Source of the DNA: an uncultured Clostridia bacterium
GTDB taxonomy: Bacteria > Bacillota > Clostridia > Christensenellales > UBA1242
Reading direction: 5' to 3'
Assembly: GCA_944381155.1 (NCBI GenBank)
Contig: CALWKA010000003.1
Span: 3,530-67,529, forward strand
DNA: 64,000 bases
Shown here piece after piece: positions 46,293 through 56,296 of this stretch. Made by a program: the position numbers and the translations under genes. The notes beneath the pieces were generated by a model, which had not been told where the DNA came from, ran no database searches, and saw only the letters and a program-made list of their open reading frames with translations. Numbering within the stretch: the stretch's first letter is position 1; the number at the start of each line of letters is the position of its first letter.

Positions 46293-48044
46293 ATGTTTAA
46301 AGTTGTTTCTGCAGAGATGAAAAAAATGGTGTCCAAGCCAGGCATATATGTACTGGCTATTTTGCTTGCACTAATTTTAGTACTCGGCGTTTTTATATAT
46401 AAACCGACTGTATATCAAGACACTTCGCAAAATATACAAGGCGAAACTGTGTTGGATATCTACAATCAATTTGATGGTGGTTCAAATGCGGGGATAAAAT
46501 ATTCAGTGGATGACAATATCGTAAAAGCATCTATACCTGTAACATTATACAGAATTAATGGCAGTTCATACAAAGATTATATAAATGAATTATATAGTAA
46601 ATTTGAAACAAACTTTTCTGCTTTTAGAAATTGCGCATACGATTCATCTAGTTCAAACACTATCAATACAAATAGAACCAATTTATTGCAAAGTTTAACC
46701 GATCTGAACTATGCAATAAACACAGGCATAAACAATGCACAAAATGGTGCCTACACCATCCTAACCACCAATTCGAATTTTGACACTTTTGAAGAATATT
46801 ACGACTATGTTTATGACAATTTTGATGTTTCAGTGAACGAATCGAATAGGACAATCATTGCAGAGATGTGCAAAGAATACGAAGATAATTTCAAAGAAAA
46901 ATTTGTTGGATCAATAAATAATTTCAAATACCCTACCATTAGTGACGATTTTATCAAAGACTATTCGTCAAATGCTGAAGGTACGAAGTATTTTATTATA
47001 AATTCCAGAATGCAGGATATACTTGCAGATATATATGAGTTGAGAGATTCGGCTCAATCTGATTCGGATACAAATCAAAGCATCAGTTCAAAAGATGAGA
47101 TGACAAGGCTTATCAATCTATATGTCAACACGGCAAGCACCTTTATCAATCTGGTAAATTATGAATTGTTGTCAAATGCCTTTTCGGTAGTCAACACAAA
47201 CGATCAGCTAGATCTTATGTATCTAAATAATCAATCAGAATACAATTCTAATTCATTATTAATAAGATATACATACCTATTTGAAAATGAAAAAACAGAA
47301 AATGATTTTGCTCACCCACTTACCATAGGAGTCACATCAAATCACGAAATTAATGCTTATGACTATGCATATTTTATATTAAAGTTATTTTCGTTTATTA
47401 TAATAGTTTATGCAGTGATGACCGCTTGCCATTCAATTGCAGGAGAGATAAAAGAAGGTTCAATGAGATATCTCGCAATTCGTCCTGTGGGCAGAACAAA
47501 ACTATTTTTCGGAAAACTACTAGCCGTTTTAATGATGTCAATTATTATGATTGTATTCTCTGCAATTGTTGCTTTGTGTGTGGGCGGGACAGTTTACGGA
47601 TTTGATTCATTGACTATTCTCACAATATTCAATGGTTCTACAGCTATCACTATGCATCCTATTGTAATGTTGTTGATTTATCTAGTAAGCCTGTTCTTTG
47701 AATTGGCTGTATATGCATCAATCGCGATGTTATTATCTTGTCTATTCAAATCAGATCTTTTCGCTGTGACAATTATGTTGGTGCTTTATCTATTGAATAC
47801 ATTACTGCCTGTATTTGCGGGTGGTATAAATAGTTGGCTGGCATACTACCCTTTCTCACACATATCTATATATTCACTCTTTGGAAGTTCAAATTATGCA
47901 TTGTCAGACAATTTCTTAAATATTTTATTGGGAGCAAAAGTTTATGCCGGCACGAATATTGGACTAACGGTATGTGTTATATTGCTGTTTATAATAATTG
48001 CTAATGTTATTGGTTCAATAATATTCAAGAAAAAAGAGTTATAA
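46293..48044 (+). CDS. ABC-2 type permease with a large extracytoplasmic domain
   Basis: TM1, then about 330 aa of hydrophilic Asn/Ser/Tyr-rich domain, then 5 C-terminal TM helices; translationally adjacent to the ATPase. Confidence 0.7.
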   Translation: MFKVVSAEMKKMVSKPGIYVLAILLALILVLGVFIYKPTVYQDTSQNIQGETVLDIYNQFDGGSNAGIKYSVDDNIVKASIPVTLYRINGSSYKDYINELYSKFETNFSAFRNCAYDSSSSNTINTNRTNLLQSLTDLNYAINTGINNAQNGAYTILTTNSNFDTFEEYYDYVYDNFDVSVNESNRTIIAEMCKEYEDNFKEKFVGSINNFKYPTISDDFIKDYSSNAEGTKYFIINSRMQDILADIYELRDSAQSDSDTNQSISSKDEMTRLINLYVNTASTFINLVNYELLSNAFSVVNTNDQLDLMYLNNQSEYNSNSLLIRYTYLFENEKTENDFAHPLTIGVTSNHEINAYDYAYFILKLFSFIIIVYAVMTACHSIAGEIKEGSMRYLAIRPVGRTKLFFGKLLAVLMMSIIMIVFSAIVALCVGGTVYGFDSLTILTIFNGSTAITMHPIVMLLIYLVSLFFELAVYASIAMLLSCLFKSDLFAVTIMLVLYLLNTLLPVFAGGINSWLAYYPFSHISIYSLFGSSNYALSDNFLNILLGAKVYAGTNIGLTVCVILLFIIIANVIGSIIFKKKEL

Positions 48045-48098
48045 CATATTAAAAAAATATTTATTAGTATTAATCAAAATTAATTAAGAGTTGACAAG

Positions 48099-48147
48099 AA
48101 AAATAGGTATGATATATTTGATACATCTCACCTCATACCTATTTTTT
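48099..48147. terminator. bidirectional terminator at the plus/minus strand switch
   Basis: ATAGGTATGA (48103-48112) pairs with TCATACCTAT (48133-48142); A-run upstream and T-run downstream; 20-nt loop; overlaps the rnhA stop. Confidence 0.55.
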
Positions 48148-48582
48148 CATTTTTGATATTTCACCAGTAGCCATTTCGTCACATCTATTGTTATAAATAT
48201 TGTCTGCGTGACCTTTCACTTTTATCCAATTGATTTTATGCATATTGTTTAATTCAATTAGTTGTTGCCACAACTCTAAATTTTGTATTTGTTTTTTATT
48301 GCTATTTCTAAATCCGTTTAATTGCCATTTTGTAATCCAATTTTCTTGAAACGCATTTATCAAATATGCACTATCGCTATACAAGTCAACTTCACACGGC
48401 TCTTTCAATAAATCTAGGGCTTTGATAGCGGCAGTTAACTCCATTTGATTGTTCGTAGTGTTTTCTTGATATCCGCTAATCTCTTTTTTTACATCTTTAT
48501 AAAATAAAATAGCACCCCAGCCTCCATCGCCAGGATTACCACTGCACGCACCATCTGTATAAATAGTTACTTTTTTCATCAT
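48139..48582 (-). CDS. rnhA: ribonuclease HI
   Basis: IYTDGAC.GNPG.GGWG, TNN.MEL.A, SDS.Y and KVKGHA...N..D DEDD motifs. ATG 48582 or 48579. The longer ORF-track version runs into tRNA-Trp. Confidence 0.9.
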   Translation of the reverse strand: MMKKVTIYTDGACSGNPGDGGWGAILFYKDVKKEISGYQENTTNNQMELTAAIKALDLLKEPCEVDLYSDSAYLINAFQENWITKWQLNGFRNSNKKQIQNLELWQQLIELNNMHKINWIKVKGHADNIYNNRCDEMATGEISKMKK

Positions 48583-48586
48583 TTTA

Positions 48587-48615
48587 ATTATAAAAAAACA
48601 ATCCTTATTTGTCAA
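48587..48615 (-). promoter_or_regulatory. sigma-A promoter of rnhA nested in the tRNA-Trp terminator (leaderless candidate)
   Basis: On the minus strand TTGACA (48615-48610, in the hairpin loop), 17-nt spacer, TATAAT (48592-48587). The ATGs lie 4 and 7 nt downstream with no SD. Confidence 0.5.
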
Positions 48616-48625
48616 ATAAATAAGG
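48592..48625 (-). terminator. terminator downstream of tRNA-Trp
   Basis: On the minus strand CCTTATTT (48625-48618) pairs with AAATAAGG (48610-48603), then ATTG + T7. Confidence 0.45.
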
Positions 48626-48721
48626 ATATAATAAATTCTAATATGGATTCCAATCGCTTTAAAATGTAAAATTAAATTTATAACATATTTTAAATCACAC
48701 TTTTGAAAGCAATTTGTAGTA

Positions 48722-48796
48722 TGGCAGGGGAGACGCGATTCGAACACGCAACCGACGGTTTTGGAGACCGCTACTCTACCATTGAGCCACTCCCCT
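48722..48796 (-). tRNA. tRNA-Trp (anticodon CCA)
   Basis: Hand-folded cloverleaf of AGGGGAGTGGCTCAATGGTAGAGTAGCGGTCTCCAAAACCGTCGGTTGCGTGTTCGAATCGCGTCTCCCCTGCCA. Anticodon loop CTCCAAA, encoded CCA. Confidence 0.9.
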
Positions 48797-48967
48797 ATAC
48801 AAATTTAGTATACTACACAGTAAAATTATTGTCAAGAAAAGATAACATTTTAATTAAATTTTTGTATCAAAAATGATTTTAATTAATATTTTAATAGAAA
48901 TTAATTGTTTAATATAATATTAATAATGTTAAAAATTTTATATTGAATATTAGATAAAAATATTTAT

Positions 48968-48996
48968 AAAAAAATACTGCTTGATTGCAAGCAATA
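48968..48996 (-). terminator. terminator downstream of rny (hairpin flanked by A and T runs)
   Basis: TGCTTG-ATTG-CAAGCA (48978-48993), extended by 3 more pairs; A7 on the plus strand gives a T-run on the minus strand. Confidence 0.5.
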
Positions 48997-49010
48997 TTTT
49001 TTCAATATTA

Positions 49011-50618
49011 TTATTTAGCAGTGTCTGTGAATCGAGATTCACGAATAACATTTACTTTTATATGTCCAGGATATTCAAGTTTTGCTTCAATAGTTTTTGC
49101 AATATCGTGTGCTAAAACTTGAGCCTCGTCATCGCTGATTTGTTCAGGTTTTACCATAACACGAATTTCTCGACCAGCTTGGATTGCATAAGTTTTTTCA
49201 ACACCAGAAAATGAATTTGCAATAGCTTCAAGATCTTGTAAACGCTTAATATAATTTTCGATTGATTCTCTTCTTGCCCCTGGTCTAGCACTTGAGATAG
49301 CATCAGCAGCTTGTACCAAAACAGCTTCAAGAGTCTTTGGTTCGACATCGTTGTGATGCGCTTCTATACAATGGATAACCGCTTCACTTTCTTTATACTT
49401 TCTAGCAAGTTCCACTCCAATACTTACATGTGTGCCTTCTACTTCGTGATCAACCGCTTTGCCTATGTCGTGAAGTAATCCGGCTCTCCTTGCCACTTTT
49501 TCATTTGCCCCCACTTCGGCAGCTAACATTCCAGCGATATAGGATACTTCAAGTGAATGATTCAAAACATTTTGACCATAACTTGTACGATATTTTAAAC
49601 GACCTAAAACTTTTACAATTTCAGGATGAATATTGTGGATATCTGCATCAAAACAAGCATTCTCTCCCGCTTCTTTGATCGTTTCTTCAACATCTTTTTG
49701 GGCTTTTTGAACTAATTCTTCAATTCTAGCAGGATGGATTCTGCCGTCTAAAATTAATTTTTCCAATGCTATTCTGGCGACTTCGCGTCTTACAGGATCA
49801 AATCCAGATAATGTAATGGCTTCAGGGGTGTCATCAACTATAAAATCAATTCCCGTTGCTGACTCTAAAGCGCGTATATTCCTGCCTTCCCTACCTATAA
49901 TTCTACCTTTCATTTCTTCGTTTGGCAAAGTGACAGTGCTTGTCGTAACTTCGCTAGTATGATCAGCTGCACATTTTTGAATTGCTAATGTTATAATATT
50001 TCTAGCTTTTTTGTCAGCTTCATCACGCGCTTTGTCTTCAATTTCTTTTGCAAGTTTCACAGCGTCTATTTTTGCTTCTTCAGTATATCTGTCAATGATC
50101 ACTTGTTTTGCTTCATCTTTAGTCATCTGACTTACTTTCTCAAGCTCTTTGATAATATTTTCTTGCATTTCATCAAGTGCATTTTCCTTGCTTGCCAAAG
50201 CTTCAATTTGATTATGCACGCGCTCTTTTGACTGCTCCAATTCTTCTGTTTTTTTATCTAGAGCATTTTCTCGTTTTGATAGCAATTCTTCACGCGCATA
50301 TAATCGTTCTTCGTTTCGCTTGGCTTCTTCTCTACGCTCTTTATTTTCTTGTTCAAAAGTTGATTTCAAGATACCAATTTCTTTATTTGCCTGTTCTACT
50401 TGCTCTTTTTTAATTTTTTCTGCTTGAGCATAAGCATCTTCTAGTATTTTATCTGCATTTTTTTTAGCCGATTTAGATTTTTTATTCATAACTACGGCAT
50501 AAATACCGAAGCCAACACCAATTCCGATACCTATACCGACCAAAAATAAAACTATGGATAAAATGGTTGCTAAACTATTACTTATGCTACATAGCAAACT
50601 AAAATTTACTATGTTCAT
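49011..50618 (-). CDS. rny: ribonuclease Y
   Basis: N-terminal TM, long coiled coil, KH domain ([12 protein letters not shown]), HD domain (LLHDIGKA). Confidence 0.95.
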   Translation of the reverse strand: MNIVNFSLLCSISNSLATILSIVLFLVGIGIGIGVGFGIYAVVMNKKSKSAKKNADKILEDAYAQAEKIKKEQVEQANKEIGILKSTFEQENKERREEAKRNEERLYAREELLSKRENALDKKTEELEQSKERVHNQIEALASKENALDEMQENIIKELEKVSQMTKDEAKQVIIDRYTEEAKIDAVKLAKEIEDKARDEADKKARNIITLAIQKCAADHTSEVTTSTVTLPNEEMKGRIIGREGRNIRALESATGIDFIVDDTPEAITLSGFDPVRREVARIALEKLILDGRIHPARIEELVQKAQKDVEETIKEAGENACFDADIHNIHPEIVKVLGRLKYRTSYGQNVLNHSLEVSYIAGMLAAEVGANEKVARRAGLLHDIGKAVDHEVEGTHVSIGVELARKYKESEAVIHCIEAHHNDVEPKTLEAVLVQAADAISSARPGARRESIENYIKRLQDLEAIANSFSGVEKTYAIQAGREIRVMVKPEQISDDEAQVLAHDIAKTIEAKLEYPGHIKVNVIRESRFTDTAK

Positions 50619-50655
50619 TTTAACCTACCTTTCATATCGCATTAGCGACAATATA

Positions 50656-50685
50656 ATTGTACTACATTTTATATAGAAAAGTCAA
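50656..50685 (-). promoter_or_regulatory. sigma-A promoter of rny
   Basis: On the minus strand TTGACT (50685-50680), 18-nt spacer, TACAAT (50661-50656). Confidence 0.5.
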
Positions 50686-50836
50686 GTTAAAAGCAAAATT
50701 AAAAAAGTTAATTTATTTTACAATTTTTATCATAATTACTTTACAACCAAACTAATTTGTTTCTAAAAATTTATGTTTCAAATTGTTGTGTATATATTGC
50801 AAAAAATACACTATATTTTGTATATGTTAAAAATTA

Positions 50837-51991
50837 TTAATCTAAATCTATCACTTCCATATTTTGAATAATTATATTAATTAAATTTTCAATATCCACC
50901 TTTTTCTCTTCTTTTTCTGCTTCTTCAATTTTTGGTTTGATTGCTGGATTTCGTGGCAAAAATACGGTACAGCAATCTTCGTATGGCAAAATACTAGTAT
51001 CGTAAGTGTCAATTTCTTTTGCAATTTTAATTATCTCATCTTTATTAAAACTTATCAAAGGGCGCAAAACTGGATATTTTGCGACAGCATTTGTGCTCGT
51101 CAAACTTTCTATTGTTTGGCTAGCAACTTGCCCCAAACTTTCACCTGTTATAATAGTTTTATAGTTATATTTTTCACATATTATGTTTGCAATTCTAATC
51201 ATTGATCGCCTCAATAAATTAATTGCATATTCCGTCTTGCAATTGATGTGAAATTCTTCTTGCAATTTCGTCATACTACAAATATACATAAACCGCGCAC
51301 CGATGTACGGCTTTATTTTCTTTGCTAATGTAATTACTTTTTCTTTTGCTTGTGGGCTGGTATAAGGAAAACTATCAAAATGTAAAATGTCCTGTCTTAA
51401 TCCCCTTTTTGCAATAGAAAAACCAGCTACCGGGCTATCTATTCCCCCACTTAATAATAACAAACCATTCCGTTTTTCATCCAGAGGCAAACCTGAATAT
51501 GCGTAGATTATATCATAGAAAACAAAAGTATATCCATTTTCTCGAATATCAATGTGAATGGTGACTTTAGGATTATGTATATCAACTTTTGCTTGGCTGT
51601 TATTTTTTAAAACAATTTCACCTAAATTTGCTTCAAATTCATTTGATTTTATAGGGAATGATTTATCCGCACGATTGACATCGCATTTGAAAGTAGTATC
51701 AATTTTGAGAGTGGAAATATAATCGCAAATCTGTTTTATATCATTTTGCATTTCGACAGCTTTTGATATTGAATGTATGCCAAACACGCATTTTAATTTT
51801 GATATGATTTCATCTTCATTTTCATAATCTCGCACAATAAATCGATTTTGAATGGATTCAATCTTACAGATACTATCTTTCAGTGCTGTTTTAATATTAT
51901 TGAGCAACAATTTGATAAAATATTTTTTATTGCCACCTTTTAGATGAATTTCATTAAATCGTATTAATATTACATTATTCAATTCGTTCAT
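50837..51991 (-). CDS. thiI: tRNA 4-thiouridine(8) synthase ThiI
   Basis: N-terminal ferredoxin-like and THUMP regions, PP-loop LLLSGGIDSPVA; ATGA overlap with the upstream desulfurase. Confidence 0.9.
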   Translation of the reverse strand: MNELNNVILIRFNEIHLKGGNKKYFIKLLLNNIKTALKDSICKIESIQNRFIVRDYENEDEIISKLKCVFGIHSISKAVEMQNDIKQICDYISTLKIDTTFKCDVNRADKSFPIKSNEFEANLGEIVLKNNSQAKVDIHNPKVTIHIDIRENGYTFVFYDIIYAYSGLPLDEKRNGLLLLSGGIDSPVAGFSIAKRGLRQDILHFDSFPYTSPQAKEKVITLAKKIKPYIGARFMYICSMTKLQEEFHINCKTEYAINLLRRSMIRIANIICEKYNYKTIITGESLGQVASQTIESLTSTNAVAKYPVLRPLISFNKDEIIKIAKEIDTYDTSILPYEDCCTVFLPRNPAIKPKIEEAEKEEKKVDIENLINIIIQNMEVIDLD

Positions 51992-53094
51992 TTGTTTAAC
52001 CTCTTGTTTAATTCAATTACCGTGTCATTAAGCGCTTTTGCCATTTCAACGCAATTATCAATAGTGATATCCGAACCAAAACTGATTCTAATAGCTCCAG
52101 ACAAATATTCTTTTTCGACAATATTTGATAAGACTCTGTTTTGCCCCGCTTTGCTATTGCACGCAGAACCTGTCCCGATCAAATATCCTTTTGACTCCAT
52201 AATGTGCTCTATCGTTTCTCCGCGTAAATTTTTGAAGCAAATTGATATTATATTATCAACACAGTCGTCTTTTGAAACTAGATAATAGTCAATGTTGAGA
52301 TTATCTAAAATTGCTTTTTTATGGAGATTAAAATCAATTTTTTTCAGGTTCTCCATAGCTGTTTTGAATGCTGAAATGGCGGGAGTGTTTTCTGTACCAG
52401 AGCGTAAATTCATTTCTTGTCCGCCACCTAAAATAAATGGCTTAAACTTATTTGAATTTGAAATGAATAGTCCGCCTATTCCTTTTGGTCCGTTGATTTT
52501 ATGCGCGGATATTGTATAGAAGTCTACCCCTAGCTTTGATAGATCTATATCAATTTTTCCTACTGCCTGCACCCCATCAGAATGCACTAATATATTTGGA
52601 TTGATCATTTTTGCGCGTTTTGAAATATCCTCTATGTCATTGATGGCTCCCGTTTCATTACTGATATGAATGATCGAAATGAATGCAGTGTCTTGATCGA
52701 TTAAATCAAATAACTTATCAACATCTATTCCGCCATTTTTTTGCAATGGAACAAATACAATATTGTAACCATTTTCTTTATACTTTTTTGCAGTTTCAAA
52801 TATTGAGCTGTGTTCCCCGCCACCTATTATATATTTTTTATCCTTTCTAGTAATAACAGAATTTAAAACGGAATTATTGCTTTCACTAGCTGAGCCTGTA
52901 AAGATGAAAGTTGATTTTGCTTTGGCATTAAACTTTTTCAAAAAATATTCTCTACTATCTTCCAATTCTTTTTTTACCCTTACAGAGGGATAGTATAAAG
53001 AACTAGGATTAAAAAATTCTTCACTTGACTTAATATAACTTTCAAGTGACTCTTTGCTTATTTTTGTCGTTGAAGCATTATCAAAATACAACAT
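51988..53094 (-). CDS. cysteine desulfurase (NifS/IscS class V aminotransferase; NifZ-like partner of ThiI)
   Basis: PLP-Lys motif SAHKI.GPKG, active-site SGSAC. ATG 53094 is preferred over TTG 53112. Confidence 0.88.
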   Translation of the reverse strand: MLYFDNASTTKISKESLESYIKSSEEFFNPSSLYYPSVRVKKELEDSREYFLKKFNAKAKSTFIFTGSASESNNSVLNSVITRKDKKYIIGGGEHSSIFETAKKYKENGYNIVFVPLQKNGGIDVDKLFDLIDQDTAFISIIHISNETGAINDIEDISKRAKMINPNILVHSDGVQAVGKIDIDLSKLGVDFYTISAHKINGPKGIGGLFISNSNKFKPFILGGGQEMNLRSGTENTPAISAFKTAMENLKKIDFNLHKKAILDNLNIDYYLVSKDDCVDNIISICFKNLRGETIEHIMESKGYLIGTGSACNSKAGQNRVLSNIVEKEYLSGAIRISFGSDITIDNCVEMAKALNDTVIELNKRLNK

Positions 53095-53100
53095 AAATGT

Positions 53101-53129
53101 ATTATAACACAATTTTGATAATTGTACAA
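53101..53129 (-). promoter_or_regulatory. sigma-A promoter of the desulfurase-thiI operon (leaderless candidate)
   Basis: On the minus strand TTGTAC (53129-53124), 17-nt spacer, TGtTATAAT (TATAAT 53106-53101); ATG 53094 lies 6 nt downstream with no SD. Confidence 0.5.
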
Positions 53130-53142
53130 TATATTAAAAGAT

Positions 53143-53793
53143 TTAAGGAACAAGATTTAATGTTTTTCCTAAAATTGATCCATTCAGATATACTTCAGGA
53201 ACTTTCCCCACAATAATACTTTCGGCTAACAATACTTGATTTGATGTATGTATATCATACGATTTAATAGGAAGTACTATGTTCACATGCACATTAACAT
53301 ATAAATATAATGTGTGTTTAGTCATATTGATGCCCACCGATTCAAATAAACTTTCAAAATTACTACTTACCGCACCTATTGGAGTCAATTTCAAATTAAT
53401 GCTAGGACCTCTGCCTATTAAAAAAGGTATACCTGAAAATGTACCCAATTTTATATCCAAGCCATTTTTCCCTAATGTTTGCATTTCAATTTGTGCTTGC
53501 TCAACAATTTCACGAGATATACTATTTATTTCAAATTGGTTAGCGGTAAATGATGTGATTTCACCGCTGGCAGTATAACTAATATCTATCAACGAATCAT
53601 ATTTTAATGATTGATTAATAACATTACTCACCGCTCTATTTACCGCTTCTTCGGTTATTGCACGCGTTTGAGCATAAGTATAACTTTTCACAACAGGACT
53701 AATGACAAAAAAATAATAAATTAGAAACAATATTAAAAAGATAACGAATGTTAGTTTTAGTATCAACATTTTTTTGCTATACGATCTTTTCAT
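53143..53793 (-). CDS. yunB: sporulation protein YunB
   Basis: N-terminal TM; YunB-like blocks (A.....A.NRAV..VI, GINMTKH.LY, AESIIVGKVPEVY). Confidence 0.7.
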   Translation of the reverse strand: MKRSYSKKMLILKLTFVIFLILFLIYYFFVISPVVKSYTYAQTRAITEEAVNRAVSNVINQSLKYDSLIDISYTASGEITSFTANQFEINSISREIVEQAQIEMQTLGKNGLDIKLGTFSGIPFLIGRGPSINLKLTPIGAVSSNFESLFESVGINMTKHTLYLYVNVHVNIVLPIKSYDIHTSNQVLLAESIIVGKVPEVYLNGSILGKTLNLVP

Positions 53794-53932
53794 ATTATAA
53801 TTTATTATTGTATTATTTAATTATATTGATTTCGACTAAATAATCTATAAATAGCAACAAATAGCAACTTCTGTGTTATGATTTATTTAATTCTATATCA
53901 ACTTGTGATTATTATATTTTCGTTTATATATT

Positions 53933-53962
53933 ATTGTATTGATTGTTATTGTATTGATTGTT
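53933..53962 (+). repeat. perfect 15-bp tandem duplication
   Basis: ATTGTATTGATTGTT x2 in the yunB-spoVAE intergenic region. Confidence 0.9.
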
Positions 53963-54126
53963 TGCTTATACTTTGAAAAAAATTGAGATATAAATATTTT
54001 AATTTTCTAACTAAAAGTATCAATTATCGTTTTGTATTTATATATTGAATATAACTTTTTTATCTAAATGGTATTAATAAAATTAATCAACTATTACAAG
54101 CCGAATATTTTAATTCAATTTAATTG

Positions 54127-54504
54127 TCAGTGCCCACCGCGTTTTGATTTGCTACTAAATATGAGCGCAAATATAAACGATGCAAAAATTGCCATAGCAA
54201 TTCCGCCCGCAGAAGCTGTCAATCCCCCTGTAAATATACCGATTATACCTTCTTCTTTCGCTGCCATAATTGCACCGCGCGCAAGATTAGCTCCGAAACC
54301 TATTATTGGAACAGTCGCACCCGCTTTTGCAAATTCTTTGAATGGAGCATATATATTGAAAACTTCTAATATCATACCGATGATTAAAAACAAAACTAAA
54401 ATTCTGGCAGTTGTTATTTTTGTTCTAATTACCAAAATTTGTGCTAAAAAGCAGATAAATCCGCCTACCAAAAAAGATATTACATAGTCCCATATTGATA
54501 TCAT
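54127..54504 (-). CDS. spoVAE: stage V sporulation protein AE (SpoVAEB-type)
   Basis: 125-aa polytopic protein; GATVPI.GFG and GG.TA..GG motifs; follows spoVAD. Confidence 0.85.
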   Translation of the reverse strand: MISIWDYVISFLVGGFICFLAQILVIRTKITTARILVLFLIIGMILEVFNIYAPFKEFAKAGATVPIIGFGANLARGAIMAAKEEGIIGIFTGGLTASAGGIAMAIFASFIFALIFSSKSKRGGH

Positions 54505-54584
54505 ATTTTATTCCTTTTAAATTTGTAGTTATGAATTAAATTAATTAATTTCAGTCAATTGTTAAAAAAAATCACATTTTATCG

Positions 54585-55697
54585 CTATTTTTCAATCTTG
54601 GAAGATTTAGTAGTTTTGTGTTTGTTTGATTTTATTTTATTTGATTTGTTTAGTTTTGATTTTACTTTTTTAGAATTATTGTTTGAATTGGCATTTGATT
54701 TGTTTGAATCGACATACACTAATTCTACTGCGTGAGCTATGCTAGGGATGGTATCTCCTTGTTGCGAAGTGGTAGTGCTCATCAGTGCACCTGTAGACAC
54801 TAATAAGACGCGTTTAAAGTCACCTTTTTTCATCTTGTATAAAACATACGAATTCAAAACGCTAGCACTACATCCTGCGCCACTTCCACCCATAAACACG
54901 CGTTCAGTTTTGTCGTATATCATACATCCGCAATCTGAATAATTTTGACCTAATATTATATTTTCGTGTTCCATTAGATCAATCAATACTTCGCTACCTA
55001 ATTTCCCGAGATCGCCAGTCAAAATGATATCATAATCTGAAACTTTTAAATCCATATTTTCAAGATGAGCTTTTATCGTGGACGATGCAGCGGGCGCCAT
55101 AGCGCAACCCATATTATTCACATCTGAAATACCATAATCTATAACTTTTCCAAAAGTGACAGCATTGATGCGAATTTTACTCGGTATATTTGATATGATA
55201 CTAGCACCGCCACCAGTAATGGTCCATTGTGCAGTTGGCGGGCGTTGATTGCCAAGTTCTAGTGGAAACCTATATTGACGCTCTGCACTGCTAAAATGTG
55301 TGCAAGTTGAGGCAACTATATTTTTTGCTATCTTATTGTCTACAAATATACCACCAATTGCTAAAGATTCTGCCATAGTAGCGCAAGCGGAATACAATCC
55401 TATGAAAGGCAAATTAAGTTCGCGTGCAGCAAATGACGAACTAACGATCTGATTAAGCAAATCTCCACCAATGAAAAAATCAATATCGGTCATTTTTAAT
55501 CCCGCTTTATCAACTGCATTGATAATTAAATCTAATAGCAGTTTGCGCTCCGCTTTTTCAAATGTTTTTTCTTTCAAAGTATCATCCTGAATGATATAAT
55601 CAAAATAATCTTTTAATGGACCTTTTCCTTCTAATGGTCCCACCATACTAAATCCTTCAAGGATATAAACATTGTTTTTAAATTTATAAGTTTGCAT
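54585..55697 (-). CDS. spoVAD: stage V sporulation protein AD, with a Lys/Asn/Ser-rich C-terminal tail
   Basis: Thiolase-fold SpoVAD sequence (GGDLLNQ, YSACATM); about 35 extra C-terminal residues of KSN repeats. Confidence 0.88.
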   Translation of the reverse strand: MQTYKFKNNVYILEGFSMVGPLEGKGPLKDYFDYIIQDDTLKEKTFEKAERKLLLDLIINAVDKAGLKMTDIDFFIGGDLLNQIVSSSFAARELNLPFIGLYSACATMAESLAIGGIFVDNKIAKNIVASTCTHFSSAERQYRFPLELGNQRPPTAQWTITGGGASIISNIPSKIRINAVTFGKVIDYGISDVNNMGCAMAPAASSTIKAHLENMDLKVSDYDIILTGDLGKLGSEVLIDLMEHENIILGQNYSDCGCMIYDKTERVFMGGSGAGCSASVLNSYVLYKMKKGDFKRVLLVSTGALMSTTTSQQGDTIPSIAHAVELVYVDSNKSNANSNNNSKKVKSKLNKSNKIKSNKHKTTKSSKIEK

Positions 55698-55713
55698 AAA
55701 TTCTCCACTATAA

Positions 55714-56160
55714 TCAAATAAAATAACCGATGAAACCGCAAATTATTGATCCCACCACGCCACACACGATAACAGGTCCAGCGATGGTGAACATTTTCAC
55801 ACAAATGCCATATATTATTCCTTCTTTTTTAAACTCTATGGCAGGACTAGATATTGAATTTGAAAATCCTGTGATTGGTATCACAGAGCCTGCACCACCC
55901 CAAGCGCCAATCACATCATAAACTCCGATTCCTGTCAAAAGGCAAGTGATAAATATAATGGTCATTAACATACAAGTGCTAACTTCGCTTTCACTAAGGC
56001 TTGGGAAGAAATAAGTGTATAGATCAAAGAATCCTTGACCTATGGCACAAATCGTCCCACCCAATATGAAGGCTTTAATCAATGATGGCCACGCGCGAGT
56101 TTTAGGCACTTTTGATTCAACATAGATGTTGTAATTTACATTTCTTTTTTCTTTATCCAT
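55714..56160 (-). CDS. spoVAC: stage V sporulation protein AC
   Basis: 148-aa four-TM protein; SpoVAC-like (AF..GG.IC..GQ, IPITGF.N). Confidence 0.88.
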   Translation of the reverse strand: MDKEKRNVNYNIYVESKVPKTRAWPSLIKAFILGGTICAIGQGFFDLYTYFFPSLSESEVSTCMLMTIIFITCLLTGIGVYDVIGAWGGAGSVIPITGFSNSISSPAIEFKKEGIIYGICVKMFTIAGPVIVCGVVGSIICGFIGYFI

Positions 56161-56296
56161 AATTTTCTCCTAACAAATTATTAACGAAAAAATTAAAATA
56201 TAAACATTAATAAATATATAAAAATTGAAAAAATTTTTAAAAAATTCAAATAATTACCTTAAATTTATACATACTAACGATAGTAAAGGAGAAATT

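Noticed and set aside
48583-48747. 5' extension of the rnhA ORF in the six-frame track (202-aa version)
   Set aside because: The extension runs through a terminator hairpin, a consensus promoter and the 3' end of tRNA-Trp. RNase HI homology begins at MMKKVTIYTDGAC.
53794-53800. TATAAT immediately abutting the yunB ATG considered as another leaderless promoter
   Set aside because: A -10 with zero spacing to the ATG would place the transcription start inside the ORF. yunB is also expected to be sigma-E dependent, so it is not counted.
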